The notes under the pieces are model-generated. The model did not search any database. It saw nothing but the letters and a program-made list of their open reading frames with translations, and had not been told where the DNA came from. Shown here piece by piece: positions 34,843 to 36,185 of a DNA stretch of 36,185 nucleotides (position 1 is the stretch's first letter; the number at the start of each line of letters is the position of its first letter). The translations under genes were made by a program, and so were the position numbers. Origin of the DNA: a virus (lineage: Duplodnaviria > Caudoviricetes); IMG/VR virus record IMGVR_UViG_3300008261_000065, positions 1 through 36,185 of that record. One strand, written 5' to 3'.

Positions 34843-36185
34843 ATGGCACTTTTAGTACCAGATAGTGGAGAACTTCAGTCATTAAGATATCTTGTAAATA
34901 GCAACCATCAAATTCCTAGAAATTTGATCTTAAAACTATTTTCAAGCAATACTACACCAGCAGAAGGTGACGTTCCAAGTCAATCTGCATATTATGAGCC
35001 TTATGATGCTTCTGGTTTAGTTGGTTATGGAACAGCACCAAATAATGGTTACCCACTTTGTGTTAACAATAGATGGGATCAAGATTATACCGACCAGTAT
35101 GGAATTTTACTTAACGGTAATCTTTGGAATGTAAGAACCATTTTAACTCCAATTGCATCTACTACTGGTGGTGGAACAACTGGGGAATATACAATTACAG
35201 TAGCAAGTACATTAAATATTGCTGTTGGTCACTATGTTAGTGGTGGAAATGTTGGATCAAATGCTGTAGTTGCTGCAATTGATGGAAATACAATTGTTCT
35301 CACAGTACCAAACACAGCAACATTTAGTGCTCAACCATTAGAATTTGGTGTAGGAACTACCACAGCATCATACCCAGAGCAAACATTTACATTTACCGAT
35401 GCAGGTAATCAACAATATGGTTATTATTTGGCAAGAGCAAATAATATGCCAGTTGAAGTACACGGTGTTGCTAATGCAGCAACAGTTACTGTAAATACTG
35501 GGGTTGCAAAATCACAGACGATTGGTGTTATTGCACAATCATATGTAACATTATTTGAGACAAGGTACGAACCAACTGCTACTGGAACATCTGGTCTTTT
35601 CTCATTTACTGTAAGTAGTATCACAGGAATTAATACAAATCAAAGAGTTATTGGTACTGGAATTGCAAATGATGCAAGAGTTGTAGGATTTACTACAGAT
35701 ACAGTTTATGTAAATAAAGCAAATACTGGAGCAGTTTCTGGTGTTGCAACATTCTTCAAAAATGTATCAGAAGACGTAACTATTGGTATGGGTGTTACTC
35801 ATTCCAATCTTGTTGGTGAAATTAATGCAATTCCAGCAAATACAAAAGTAACTGGTATTGATGAAAAGAATAGACTTGTTTATTTAAACAATGCCTTGGT
35901 AAACAACATTCAGTCTGCTACTGGTGATACTATTACTTTCGCATCAAGTAAAGTAAGCACAGGTTCAACTGCACACGGACTAGTCGCAGGTGATGTAATT
36001 TACATTGCCGCAGGTACAGGAAATACAACAACTACTTCGTCAACATATACAATTTTTGAAACTCCAAATTCAACAACATTTACAACTACTCCTGCATTAA
36101 ATGGTGTTGGAGCAGCAACACTTTACAGCAGCATCTTCTTCGCAGAAAGATTCACAAACGGTCCTTACAACATTCAAAACAATGG
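34843..36185 (+). CDS. putative virion structural protein (MALLVPDSGELQSLRYL..., 3'-truncated)
   Basis: Translated by hand: open frame from ATG34843 to the window end (...FAERFTNGPYNIQNN); RBS and late promoter upstream; absent from the ORF track because no stop lies in the window. Confidence 0.85.
   Translation, partial: MALLVPDSGELQSLRYLVNSNHQIPRNLILKLFSSNTTPAEGDVPSQSAYYEPYDASGLVGYGTAPNNGYPLCVNNRWDQDYTDQYGILLNGNLWNVRTILTPIASTTGGGTTGEYTITVASTLNIAVGHYVSGGNVGSNAVVAAIDGNTIVLTVPNTATFSAQPLEFGVGTTTASYPEQTFTFTDAGNQQYGYYLARANNMPVEVHGVANAATVTVNTGVAKSQTIGVIAQSYVTLFETRYEPTATGTSGLFSFTVSSITGINTNQRVIGTGIANDARVVGFTTDTVYVNKANTGAVSGVATFFKNVSEDVTIGMGVTHSNLVGEINAIPANTKVTGIDEKNRLVYLNNALVNNIQSATGDTITFASSKVSTGSTAHGLVAGDVIYIAAGTGNTTTTSSTYTIFETPNSTTFTTTPALNGVGAATLYSSIFFAERFTNGPYNIQNN

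Noticed and set aside
10069-35624. Numerous short minus-strand or alternative-frame ORFs inside the structural genes
   Set aside because: Expected antisense shadows of long codon-biased ORFs; no RBS or motifs

Overview
A segment of a T4-like cyanophage (cyanomyovirus, probably freshwater type) with all real genes on the + strand. 1-2729: end of an array of tiny early ORFs, with two copies of a palindrome-plus -10 early promoter cassette. 2730-3700: about 1 kb of non-coding DNA that looks like a composite replication origin. It holds six perfect cyanobacterial-type DnaA boxes (TTTTCCACA), divergent sigma70 promoters, AT-rich flanks, a candidate structured RNA, 13 same-strand TTCGT motifs and three iteron-like units. 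3700-6700: small conserved genes, a GT-A-fold protein, a small basic protein, and a peptide + ATP-grasp + speD cassette followed by an RBS-occluding leader. 6710-36185: late baseplate/virion module (gp25, gp6, a gp7-like gene in two parts around a gp9/gp10-type LamG fibre, gp8, a VrlC/DUF4815-like protein, small structural proteins) with T4-type late promoters. All assignments come from motif recognition by eye; no database searches were run.
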